Assembly (NCBI GenBank): GCA_050084985.1
Contig: JBITNC010000001.1
Span: 103,044,001-103,108,000 of the forward strand
Origin: Nageia nagi
Taxonomy: Eukaryota > Plantae > Pinophyta
Reading direction: 5' to 3'
DNA: 64,000 bases
A program made the translations under genes and the position numbers. Below are positions 24,286 to 37,129 of this stretch, one piece after another. Position 1 is the first letter of the stretch, and the number at the start of each line of letters is the position of its first letter. A model generated the notes under the pieces. The model saw only the letters and a list, made by a program, of their open reading frames with translations, did no database searches and had not been told where the DNA came from.

Positions 24286-25499
24286 AAAATTATTATATTG
24301 AGGTCAGGATCATGACCCTTGGGATCTTGATACCCATGATCTTGATACCCGTGATGCTGACCCTTGAGATCCCAATCATCTCGGCTTCCTCCCTAGCCAT
24401 TTCACCTCTTTTCCTCTCATAGCACAATGACATCCATAGTATTAGGAGCTGCGATCCTGGTCTTTGAAGTGTTCATATGCCCTCCATCTTATCCACATTG
24501 TGACCGCCATCGTTCCCCCTTCAAGGTATGCCTTCGAATCTCTCGTTTGGTTTTTTTTCAGGTAAAAAATAGTTGTTATAGAGTCTAGTTTTACCCATGA
24601 AAATTGCTTCTACTTAAATTTTATAGGGCCTTTTTAGAATATACTTCTACTTTATCTATTTATTTTACCTTTTGATTAGTCTCCTAATTTGATTAAGACA
24701 TATTATAATTACTATGGGTAGTAGAAAACTTGAAATGTATGCCCCTACTATAACATTCCTATTTCACCAAGTTTGGAGTTCTTATGATAAACGTTCTCAA
24801 ACAATATTTGATTAAATCAAATGGTAAATTATGATGCAATTGAATTTTGAAGACGAATAAGAAGATAAATAGTTGTTAAAAGGGAGACTTTTATGTTAAT
24901 AATATATTTTGTAACCTTTTCCCCTTATAAATTATAAAGTGAAGGGTAAGGAGGTAATGTTTAATCATTACAGTCAAGTCATAAACAAAATTTTTGAGTC
25001 CATTTCTAAGGAGAGTCGATAAAACTCTTAGAGAGAAATAGGGAGTAATGTTATTTAAGTGAGAGCATAAGCTATTTGTTATTTTATTCCATGTTAGTAT
25101 TGGACATGGGAATCATTGTAAACCTATGAGAGATTGAGATTGAGGGTATAGAGATAGTACAAGTGCATATTGCTAAAGATAGGAGCACATTCAAGAGAAC
25201 TTTACTTAAGGTAATTATGGAGGTGATATTATTCTTGTAAGAGCAATATTAGAGAGACTTTTGGAGGAAGGATAAAATTGTGTTATCTTCACCATATAAT
25301 TAAAGAGATTTTGTTGCTACAGATATATGAGGAAGCTAAAAATTTGTTTTCACTTTATTTACTTCACAAGATTAAAATTTCATCTCAATGACCCTAGTGG
25401 ATAGACTAAAAATAATATCACAACATCCCAATTTCAAACTATCAACAAAACGTGAAGGGAATGCTAGTAAAAAATATATAACATAATTGTATTTAATTT

Positions 25500-26898
25500 A
25501 GAAAATTCAAATAATTCATTGTTTAAGCTTACCTTTATTTTTCAATCTGTTGTACTGTCTACATCCTCTCTTTTTTTGCAATGCATCTATAATCATCTCA
25601 TGGTCATTTGACGAAAGGGTCCACAACACTATTCAAAGGCCTCTCTTTATATATGAATGGTTTGATATTTGTTGCCAATATCAAATGCGAGTAATGTACA
25701 ATCTTTTTACTTATTTCATAATCTTCGAATGCAAGCAAACCAGCTACTTATCTAGTAATATATTTTCGTAACCATGTGCCAACAACCACAACAAAAGTTG
25801 TTGGATATAACCATGATTTATCCATCATTATCAAAATTTGGAAAATATGACAAATAGTCTAAAGAAATATCTAGAGAGTAGATAATAAGCTCGCTTGAGA
25901 AACACATATATACGAACTTGTTGGATAAAGAAATCCATCATCATCACATCGAAGTTGAGTTAACTTAAGTTTTTTCTCAACACATCAAGCTAGCCAATAC
26001 CCTATTCCCTTTTCATTCCCTTTAGGTGCAACAATGACATACACATGTCCTGCAACAATATTTATAAGTGTTCAATGTATAAAATTAACATAATTTATAT
26101 ATTAAAATCATGTGTACATTTTCAAGAATATAAATAAATTGAATTTACAAATTACCTTCTTCTACAAGGTTTGAAATACGATCATAGTCCTCTGATACAA
26201 ATAATTCATCTTCAATTATTGTTTCTTGTTGATCATCATGGGCTTGTAAAGGTGTCAAAGATATTTGTTTCTATTCCTCAACCTATTTTGTATTTCCACA
26301 TGATTATGAATAACCTACAATACAAGTCTTACAAAAACATGTAAGCTCATTTATACATATAGTCCAAGTGCTTGCTTTTGAACTCTTAAATGAATGCCGC
26401 TTTGTTGATCCATTGATTGTATCACAATCAAGACGATTCATAATAATATCTTCTTCAACTAACCAAAAGTATTTTTTGAATTGTAGAATTCTCACTTGAT
26501 CTTGTAGATAATGTTGTACTACACCATTCCAAAATATCACGGGCATCTTTAAATTTACTTATATCACCAAATTTTAGTTGCTCTCTAGCAAGAGCTTTTT
26601 TAACACATGCACTTGCTTTATCGTGTTCTCCTTTACCATGTCCTGCTTTAATAAAACTCCATATATGTTTAATGTTTTTTTCTTTATGAACCCTACTTAG
26701 CCAATAAAACATTCATGAATTTTTAAACTGTCCCGTATAATTATATGACCATATGAAATGTTTTGCCATCTAAATTCTTCTTTCATCCAAATTATTGTAA
26801 AATACCTTAAAACAATATTGGACAAACTTTGATGAGTGTAATCGATTATCACTTACATAGAAATGGTACTCCTTCAAAACGCTTTTGTTATCTTCAGT
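25500..26898 (-). pseudogene. Sola2-like DDD/E transposase, C-terminal part
   Basis: YHFYVSDNRLHS..FVQYC, HFIWSYNYTGQFKN, HIWSFIKAGHGKGEHDKASACVK, TCFCKTC. Confidence 0.72.
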
Positions 26899-26903
26899 AC
26901 TAT

Positions 26904-27631
26904 TGTAGATGCTTAAAAATGAGTTAGTTTTTATTTAATAAATCATATTTAGACTCATTAAATGATTAATTAACAATAATACATAAATCAAGATAAAGTG
27001 CTATTATATTGCAATACCATGTGTTAGGACCAATGCAATATCATAAACCATGGGTTTTATTTTAAATTGTCTTGAATATAGAAAATATTATTGTTATTGC
27101 TATGCGTAAGCTTTCACTCCGTTTTTTTTCTTGCAGGTTATAAATACAGGAGGTGATGTTTGACATCCCTATCGGATCTCTCTGATAGGTGGTTTTCCTA
27201 AATATCAAACTTATGATATCTCTTGATGCCACCTATCTTGAGAAATTTGTTATACTCTTTGAGCTCTATTATCTCTCTTTTGTGCGCGACACGAAACATC
27301 AAGTTCCATGCAGCCAGCAACGTACCATTGCCACATAGCCTTTTAGATCAGGAGGTCCAAATTTCAGGGAATGAATTGTGGTTCCATTCTAGAGAATATT
27401 TATTACGAGCTCATCTAAAGTCTGATCGCAATCCTATGAAGATTCATTGTTATTCTTATTTGAGGATTGTACATAAATCGACTACTTGCTTCACTTTGTA
27501 TTAGGTTTATATGTTTTATGTATATTTGTTGTATATATGATATTGAGCTTATCATTGTACAAATCATTGTATTTGTAGATCATTTATTTATTTGTGTATT
27601 TATTCATTAATTACACATTTTTGAGTCTACA
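26904..27631 (+). repeat. 5' LTR
   Basis: TGTAGATGC...GAGTCTACA; direct repeat of 35176-35897. Confidence 0.92.
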
Positions 27632-27851
27632 TTTTGGTGAATTTGACATTCTTACACACCTAGTTCTTCACCTAGGGCATCCTTATTAAAAAGTCATGAA
27701 TCCATTTTCATTGTTATTTGTCCCTCTACTTGAAGCTCTTTGAATAATAGCTAGAGAAAATGATAAAACTAGGGTTTGTTCTACTTATGTTTCAAAAATG
27801 GATTTAAACATAGAACAACCTAAGGTCTCTAAAAAAAGGTTAATTTCAATG

Positions 27852-28485
27852 ATATCCGAAGAAGTGTTAGGCATAACCCTGACTTACCTCTACAAGAACA
27901 CCCTAATAACCTTGATGTTTGTAGTGATTATGAATCTAGAAGTTCTAGCAAGAAAGTTGATATTATTGGTGAAACTTTTCATAGATTTGATATAAATATT
28001 GAACATATGTAAGTTTGAATAGTCATGAAGATGCTTCTAATGATAATGTTGAAATTGAACAATTAGATAGAATTCCTAATCGTATTAACCTATTCAAGAA
28101 TTGCTATCTGATAGAGAAAAGTTAGAATATTTCCTTACTCATAATGCTGAAACTGTTAGGCATATCCAAAGAAGTGTTAGGCATAACCTTGACTTACCTC
28201 TACAAGAACCTCACCCTAATAACCTTGATGTTTGTAGTGATTATGAATCTACAAGTTCTAGCAAGAAAATTGATATTACTGGTGAAACTCCTCATAGATT
28301 TGATATAAATATTGAACATTTTGAATTTGAATATGAAAGTTTGAATAGTCATGAAGATGCTTCTGATGATAATGCTGAAATTGAGCAATTAGATAGAATT
28401 CCTAGCCGTATTTGATCTATTCAAGAATTACTATCTGATAGAGAAAAGTTAGAATATTTCCTTACTCATAATGTTGAAACTATTA
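27852..28485 (+). repeat. ~310-325-bp tandem duplication in the extra ORF upstream of gag
   Basis: atatccNaagaagtgttaggcataacc...ttccttactcataatg occurs at ~27852 and ~28162. Confidence 0.9.
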
Positions 28486-29001
28486 TTGATATTCTAACAA
28501 ATTATGAGCTACTAGAAGAGAACTTTGTAGCTTCGCAATTGTCGGATAGTTTGTTTTCTTATGAGCATGCAAGCTCACCAAGATGAAGAGTTTCTACTAT
28601 TAATACAGACATCGCTAACATCGTGTCATCTTGTGAAAACGTTGCCACCGACGTGAATGAAGTTGAAATAAAATCTACTTCTAAGGACAACGATGATGTT
28701 TCAAAACCCCTAAGCGAAGTAGTTGTTGAGAACGATGGTGAGGAAAGTGAAGATGAAAATTATGACTACTTGATTCTCAAACTTGATCACTTTAAAAAAG
28801 GTACGCTTCCTAAAGGTTAGGATATTGTACAAGATGATCGTGATGCTCAGCTTCAAATACAAATTGCAAATATTATTTATGATGCTTATAAGAAAAATCT
28901 TGATTGGTCATTAAAAGAGCATAATATTAAAATTGAGTTCTTTCATAATATTTAAGACACTATCCCCTTTCATTTGGAGCCTTATACACAACAACTAGTG
29001 T

Positions 29002-30230
29002 GTGATGAAATTATTTGATAAATTGGAACATGAACGAGTAAATAGAATTGGACCTTTTCTTGTGCTTAAAGAGAATGAACTTACAAATGCAAGGGTTCCA
29101 CCTCAAACCCCTCCACCAACCCCAATAGATAATATACCTGTGGTTTCAAACCCAACTGAGGAAAGGATAAATAAATTGGAAATGGAATTGCTTAATGATA
29201 ACACTGATGATTTCTTGTTTTGCTTAAAATGTCCTTTGATTGATAGAATTATGTGTAAAGTGCTCAATGAGAAAAATAGTATTAAATTTACAAAATTTGA
29301 TAGCTTGCAAGATCCTAGGATGCATGTTATAAAATTTCAAGAAGCAACTATGGAATATATGGATGATAGAGATTTGCTTGCTAAATTGTTTTCACATAGT
29401 TTGAAAGATGATGCATTGAAATGGTACTTTCTTCTTCTTGAAAAAAGTATTGATAGATATGAGAATTTGATTCATCAATTTTTGCAAAATTTTAAATACA
29501 ATATCACTGAAAAGGTTCACTATAAAGATTTGTGTAAGATTAAGCAATTACCTAACCAATTTTTGGCTGATTTTGTAAAAAAATAGAAAGAAACTACTAA
29601 CAAGATTACAATGCCTGAACAAGATTTGGAAGATACATTTGCTAATGCATTATTGCCTATGTATAAGCTATTGGTTATCTCTAATTGTGATATGAGATTG
29701 GGAGAAATGATGAATGTTTTGTTTAAAAAGAGACTTGTATTAAAAACTTATATGCTATGCGTAGTAACAAACTTCAAACATATGATAAGAAGCTAAATAC
29801 TCATGAAAAAAATAAGAAATACGAAGTGAATAATGTTGACAACAATTGTAAAACTCAAACATATAACAAGAAAAAATTTGAAAGAAATAATAAACCTCAA
29901 AGGAAATTTATAGAGTTGACAGATACTGCTAATAATATTTTTAATGTGTTGTTGAAAGAACTTATTGAGCTTCTACCTATTGTTGAACCTAAATTTTCTC
30001 ATGGTATGCTTAAAATTTTTCGATGAGGAATTTTGCAATTATCATAGGGTGTACCTGGACATTTAATAAGAAATTGCAGGACTCTAAGACATCTTATTCA
30101 AGATTTCATTGACAAGAGAGCAATTAAGATGGATGACAACACTAGTGTAGATGATGGACCTGTGCACCCTAATAACGAATAATTAAGGGTGTTCACAAAT
30201 CCCTTACCTCCTTCACAACCAAGAGGTTGC
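29002..30230 (+). pseudogene. gag: gag (Ogre/Tat type), decayed
   Basis: KFDSLQDPRMHV...LFSHSLKDDALKWY; Cys-His motif FCNYHRV..GHLIRNCRTLRHLIQDFID. Confidence 0.88.
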
Positions 30231-31249
30231 ATTGGAAATGGTAAGTACTTCACATGGTTTGAATTATTATTTCACTCATAAACATGGCTGCGAAAACAAC
30301 AATTCAAAGAATGATGGAAAAGACATAAAATTCAACAATGCTAACGACATGCACCACTATTCATATGCTACCCAGGACATGGAAAAAGCGAAACCAAAGG
30401 TACCTATTTTAATTCTTACCTCTGCAAAATATGTTTGGGTTGCAGAAATATCCTAGGTATGAAAAATTATTGCTTAAAGTATAAAAATTGCATCTATAGT
30501 GTACATTAGGTAGGATGTTTTTATTTTCGGCCATTGTGAATTGTTGTTCTTTGTATGCATGAGTTTATTGATTTATTCAATTCATGATTTAGGCTTTCAC
30601 TATTTCTTCAAAATTTCGTTGTTTGACTTAGAACCCACATCGTTGAAAGCTTACCCACCTATTTTTACGCCATTAACAATGTGGTTTTCTTGGAATAGAA
30701 TAAAAACGAATAGTATTTCATTAATGCTTTCCATATTTTTGACTCATTAAAATGATTAAAAACATAAATTTGATGTTGTTCACTAGAAAAAAAACTTGAC
30801 TTTGTTTATTGTTGTATCGTTTGGTACCTTAGAACCTAGCTAGGAGGTTCGCTTATTGCTTTAGTTATTGATTGAGAATTGTAAGTGTTTAATTATTAGA
30901 TATTGCATGAATATATATTGAAATGTATTATTTGGATTCATCGATGCTTAAGCATTGCATATATGATCTTTTACTAATGGGTTCATTGCTTATTATTTAA
31001 AAATTGTACTTTGAGTTTACATGTTTTATTAAACACATTGTGCAACAATGATACTGAACCATTCACATTCATTCATAAAGCAAGTAAAATAAACCAAACA
31101 CATTTTTACACAAAGTTGAGCCCAAATAGATTTTATATAATTATATAAAAAATGAATCATATATTGTACAACATGGGGTGGCTCCAAGTCTACAACCTAG
31201 CTACTAATGAGCACTACTCCCATTGCTAGCAGTATCTCTTGTTCTCTAC

Positions 31250-33310
31250 CTAACTCGATAGCTACTACTGTTAGTCCTTGATAAAGATACTCCACCTGAA
31301 ACAACACTAGTGTTTGATCCTTTGCGCTGCCATGAGAGCTTTGGCTCTCTCATATTTACCCCGAAGGGTGGCTATCTCCCCCTCCTTCCTCTTGATATGG
31401 TCCATGAGGCTTTGTATGAAAGCCCACTGCTCGTTTGGTGGAGGCATGTCCACTCTCTCCTGAAGTCTCTTCACAAATTGCTCTAATGTACCAATCTGTG
31501 CATCTCGTGCTGCAATTGTGGCCTGTAGGACTGCCATCTATGCCTTGAGAGAATTTAGCCTCTCATTCTTTGCCTCTAAGGCCACCATGCATGTCTTTTC
31601 TTCTCCTCTAAATAATGTCTACATTGTTAGACCACTAGTCATGTATGAAATTGCAAAATGACATATATGATTAGCTTTTTACTTAGTGCTACCAATGTTA
31701 CAGCCTCTCCTAGTGCTACTAATCCTAGTGTTACCGCTTTTCCATCCTTCTGCATGGGTATATCATGCATTAGATTGTTCACCTAGTAGGGGTCATTCTT
31801 GGAGGAATCCTTGCTTGTTGCAACATCCTCCTCCTCCTCATCCTTGTCCATGCCCAAATCGGTAGTACAAACTCCTCTTCGCCATGTGGCATATCCTCTA
31901 ACAACTCCCAATGCCATGGAGACATTGGGTGTCGCATCATGTACCCTTGACTCCTCCCATGTGAGCCTCCAAGCTGGGATAACCTATGATCTTGCAAGTG
32001 TGTCTCTCTCCACCATATATTGATGGTAGCATATGGGAACTGGTAGGATTTCTTGCTAGATCCCAAATTATCTTAGAACTCGGTGGGGGTGGTATGGCTC
32101 CACCAACTTCTTGCTAGTCTAGAGGAAGCACTTCTGATGAACCCAAGCAAGCTAATGGGCATCTCATTATCCCATACGAAGTTGGCATAGGAGACCCATA
32201 CCAGGTCTGCATGTAAGTCGTAAATCTCTCTCCTTATCGCCTCTAAGGAGTGGGGGTATCTATACAATCTTGCCCTTGACACCCAACATGTTAGGGAAAT
32301 ATCTCTTAGGTCCTCTCAACCCCTTTATATCCCAACCAACCCGATGACTGTGATCTTCTCATAGGCCCAAACCTAGAGAAGATCCGCATGGGAAATTGTA
32401 ACATTGAACTTGTCAATGCTCACAAAATTGTACAAATCTCTATATAGCTGTGCCAAGACTAATGGTGCCCATGCAAATTGTGTGCCCCTCACACATATCT
32501 CCTGAACCACCTAAGCTAATCCAAGTGGGAAGGATGAGCTTCTTTGTTTTGGACATAGATATGTCTAGATAATCGGAACAATGTGGAGCCATAGATGCCT
32601 TCCTAGTTGTGTAAACTGACGTACCTTTGCTAGCCTTGCTGCTCGATGATCCCAATCATGGTCAACCTTGCCAGTTAGCCACAATGCTAATTGTTCTCGA
32701 ATGTTGTTATCTGCCACCTTCGTCTGGTGGACCAATCTCCCTCTGATAGGTATAACCCATATCCCGTATATGTCTAGTAATGTGACTATCATTTCACCTT
32801 GGGGCAAGTGAAATGTGTTGCAATTGAGATCCTAGTGCCTTGCTAGCACTATCAACAATGGAAGATCCTACTGGATATGACCAAAAATTGGTAGGTACGC
32901 TAGCCGACACCGAGTGAGGATGTCATCCTCCTAGTTTGACCATTGCCATGTTTGTGCCTTCTCTAACGTTGCTATGGACATGGGCCTTCTCCTAATCAAA
33001 ACCTTGCTGTGAGTAGCAAAAATTTATGTATTAAAAATCACATTGCAAGATTGGAATAACGTGTAGAAAAAAATTGAACACAAATCTAAATCAAATTAAG
33101 GGCTTAAACTAAACATTTCAATGACATACTGTATTGTCAAATGGAAGTGTGCGAAGATACTCTATAATATGTCCCTTCCATCTGGTCACGGGATGCCTAA
33201 TCCCCCTCCAGTCATTGTTTGCCATGTGGAATAGTTTAAAAGGTGAATGAGAGACTCAAATACCTAGCAGGGTCAGTCATACAGGTCAGAAGATGAGTTA
33301 CTCCATGTGC
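31250..33310 (-). pseudogene. Plant mobile domain (PMD, aminotransferase-like) gene, antisense within the retrotransposon
   Basis: NTFHLPQGEMIVTLLDI...PIRG, FAWAPLVLAQLYRDL, VWAYEKI; coiled-coil tail 31307-31537; probable intron ~33008-33129. Confidence 0.85.
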
Positions 33311-35175
33311 TACGCTAAGTCAAAATCGTTTGAATCCATCGAAGCAGACCAAGAAAGCGAGAGGAGAAAACAAGAAAGAAACAAAAGTCAACCCCTTGCT
33401 TTTATATTCCTCTTTTTCCTGTAAATATTTGGCCTTGTAAAAATATTACTTTGCGTGTTTATTGTGTTTGAAATTATTTTACATGACTATGGTCGCTTTT
33501 TTCAAAAATAAATTTTGCTGCTTTCACATTACCAGCGGCATGTTCTTCAAATTGGTCATTTGTCCGATGCCCAACACTTCCAAATGGGAAAATCACGCCT
33601 TTTCCTTCACCATAATGAATATTGGATGGCTCATTGTTTGATTATTTTCTTTAAAATTTGTCTATAGTAAATGGACGCCGCCAATGGCGTAGTTTCTGTC
33701 AAATTGATAGAAATTCTAAATGCGATACTTTAATCATTCTTATCATATATTTTTTTAAACGATTATTTTGAATGTTGGATCATTGCAAATGCTAAAATTT
33801 AATTGCTAAAGATCAATTTAATTTAAATTGTACAATAATTTTTCATATCTGAAATTGTTCATGATTCACATTTTCTATATAGTTAAAAATTCATGATTTA
33901 TTGTTAATTGGATGCACCATTTTTTTTAAAATAAAATCATCCATTAAAGCGCCATCAATGGCATGGAAACGATATAATTAAGTGTGTTCTCAAATGATTA
34001 TTATGATTGCATAGTATTGCAAGTTCAAAATGATGAAGTTTTTGATTTTACAAGCAATTTATGGACTCATTGATTACATAGTCAAATGTTGCTAATTCAT
34101 GATGTACCTTGAAAATGTTATGACAAATTGTGTTACTATTTTCAATCTAAATTGATGCAAAATGATATGGATGTTCGTCAATTGAATATCTTTTAAATTG
34201 TTTTTACCAAATATGGAAAAATGTATGCCGCCATTAGCATGCAATTACTACAAATCTTTTGCAAATAAGGCATGTTGACATTTTACTTAATATTTGCTCA
34301 TTGTGATAAATTCTTTGTGCATATGCAATGTTTTATGGATAAGGATCAAAATTGTTGAAGACATGATTGTACAATTTTAGGCACACCACGTTGCCAACGA
34401 CGTGTATTCACTTTGAAAATTTATGCAAATTGAAGTATTGAAATTCAAGTCTACTAAATGTTTGAATATTTGATACATTTACAAAAATTGAATGCTATTG
34501 TTCATTGTTCTACTAACAAATGTTTTCAAAGTCATGGTCACTCCATGAGCAACATCTCTTATCAATTGCAGGATTATTTCAAGCTTGAGTTATTAAAAGT
34601 TCTCATCAGCTTGATAATCATCATTTTTTCAAACTTGAGTTATTAAAAGTTCTCATCAGCTTGGTCTTTATAGACTATAAGTTGTTTGTCACACTAGTTT
34701 ATACATTGGGGATATTACACACCTGGGGCATTAATGAGGACCTCATACGCTTGCTCTTCATAGATTATGAGTTGTATGTCATAGTATTCTATTTATCATA
34801 ATTTATATAGCTATGAGTCGCATCAACCATATTGACAAAATACATATTATATTTATTTTATCCTTGTTTTTTATATTGCTTAATATTTAATGGATGTGAT
34901 CTATGCAAGTATATGTTGTTTTGTTCTGCAAGCATTATTTGGGTGAGTAGGATTGGCATAGAACACTCACCTTATAGAGGGACTCCAATTTTGGTTTGGT
35001 CACCTCACGCAACATGAGCTAGGGGAAACCAATACTAAAAGGAGGCAAACAACATACCATACTCGACATGTTGATCGAAACAGGGAAGTTCGCTTTACTA
35101 TTGAATTTTTTTTCTCTAAACTTCTTTGGACTATGCAATCAATGCTTTTCATTACATATCTAAAGAAAGGAAAAA

Positions 35176-35897
35176 TGTAGAAGCTTAAAAATAATTTATT
35201 ATTTATTTAATAAATCATATTTAAACTCATTAAATGATTAATTGGTAATAATATATAAATCAAGATAAAGTTATATTATATTGCAATACCATGTGCTAGG
35301 ACCAATGCAATATCATAAACCATGAGTTATATTTTAAATTATTTTGAATATAGAAAAGATTATTGTTACTGCTGAGTCAGCTTTCACTCCGTTTTTGTTC
35401 CTTGCAGGTTATAAATATGAGAGGTGAAGGTTAACATCTCTATCAAATCTCTCTGATAGGTGGTTGTCCCAAATATCAAATTTACGGTATCTCTTGACGC
35501 CACCTATCTTGAGAAATTAGTTATACTCTCTAAGTTCTGTTATCTCTCCTTTATACATGACACATCAAGTTTTATGTAGCTAGTGATGTACCATTGCCAT
35601 GCAACCAACGATGTGTGCCTTTTAGATTGGGAGGTCATGATTTTAGGGAACGAATTGTGGCTCCATTCTAGAAAATATTTATTACAATCTCATCTAAAGT
35701 ACGATCGTAATCATCTAAAGATTCATTGTTATTCAACTTTGAGGATTGTACACAAACTGACTACTTGCCTCACTCTATATCAGGTTTATATGTTTCATGT
35801 ATATTTGATATAGAGCTTATCATTGCATATCATTGTATTTGTAGACCATTTGTTTATTTGTGTATTCATTTATTAATTACATATTTTTGAGTCTATA
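35176..35897 (+). repeat. 3' LTR
   Basis: TGTAGAAGC...GAGTCTATA followed by TSD ACTAT. Confidence 0.92.
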
Positions 35898-35902
35898 ACT
35901 AT

Positions 35903-37129
35903 CATCTGCATGTCTATATACAATATGATTGAAAATGACAATTTGAACTAAATTATAATATTAAGATTGAATTTCTTCTTGTGGTTTAAAAGCATAATTT
36001 TTGGCAAAGTCAACAACTGATAATATAGTTCCAACTAAAAATGTGTTTCTACATTGATGAAATTGACTATCAAACCATCTAGCATTTTGAGAGTGTTTCA
36101 CATATTTTGGTAGATACTTTGTCTTAAAATCATCCATGAATGTATGCACTTTGATGCTTTTAGTGATCAAATCAACATGCTTTCTAGTTTTTCCATCTTT
36201 CAAATTATACTCGACATTTTTGATATTCCAACATTCACATTTTGTTTTCCAAATTCATGCATACAATCTCCTAGTAATGAAAAGTTCTGACATCTATCAC
36301 ATTGTCTTGTAATATATGCATTTGAATAAAATGATTGCTCATGAGGAGGTGGAAAAATCAAACTTGCTATAAACTCCTTGATGGTTTCAGGGGTATATGA
36401 ATACCATATTATTGCCTCAAATCATCAATATGCAACTTCCCACATATGTTTCAAAAAGCATCATAATAATATCGAAATTGCATATGAGTTTTGCAACATG
36501 TTACTCTTTCCTTATTAATTTTGACATACTAAAGTTTGCATTTCTCAAATGATCTTTGACTTATTTCAATATTAAAAGGTTGTAACACTCCCTCTTATAC
36601 AAATTGTTGATACAATTAAGTTTGAGTCATATCTACTAGGTGTTTTGGATGAGATTCACGACCTTTTGACCTAGGTTTTAATTTCAAAACATCTCTAGAA
36701 TATGGTGATACCCTTATTCTATCATGCCATTTTTTTTTCATTTATAACCTTGATCTTGTTAGTCAATTTCATGTCATACCTTGGGAGTTTACCACTATAA
36801 CTCCAACATTGGTTGATTGGATCACTTTCAATACTTTGTTTTCTCTTTACAACCCTTTTCATAGTTTTAAAAATCACATTAAACAATTCACTAACCTTTA
36901 TTTTATTTGAGGTTGTTTGAATTACTAAAGCATTTGTTATAGCTCATCGTGCTACATTTTTATCTTTAGATCTACTCTTTTTTCCAATAGAACTAATGAC
37001 ATTGTAAACAATAGACACAACTTGTTAAAGGGGTTCATCTTCCTTGTTTGATTTCACATTAACTCCTAAAGTTTTTCTTACCTTTCTCATTTTTTTCATT
37101 CTCATTAATTGCGACATGAGTTGACATTG
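35903..37129 (-). pseudogene. Sola2-like transposase, middle part
   Basis: QRSFEKCK..YVK...RVTCCKTH; SVVDFAKNYAFKPQEEIQS. Continues ...RHADDS|TEDNK across the ACTAT TSD. Confidence 0.75.

Larger units (their letters stand above)
26904..35897 (+). mobile_element. Ogre/Tat-like Ty3/Gypsy LTR retrotransposon lacking pol
   Basis: LTRs 26904-27631 and 35176-35897; perfect TSD ACTAT. TTTTGG.. PBS-like start and purine tract AAAGAAAGGAAAAA before the 3' LTR. Contains an extra 5' ORF, gag and an antisense PMD gene. Confidence 0.92.

Noticed and set aside
24874-25425. Possible solo LTR (TGTT...CAACA)
   Set aside because: Flanks ATAGT/TCCCA are not a TSD and there is no second copy in the window.
34581-34663. 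33-bp direct repeat with 50-bp period
   Set aside because: Ordinary local duplication in the retrotransposon 3' UTR.
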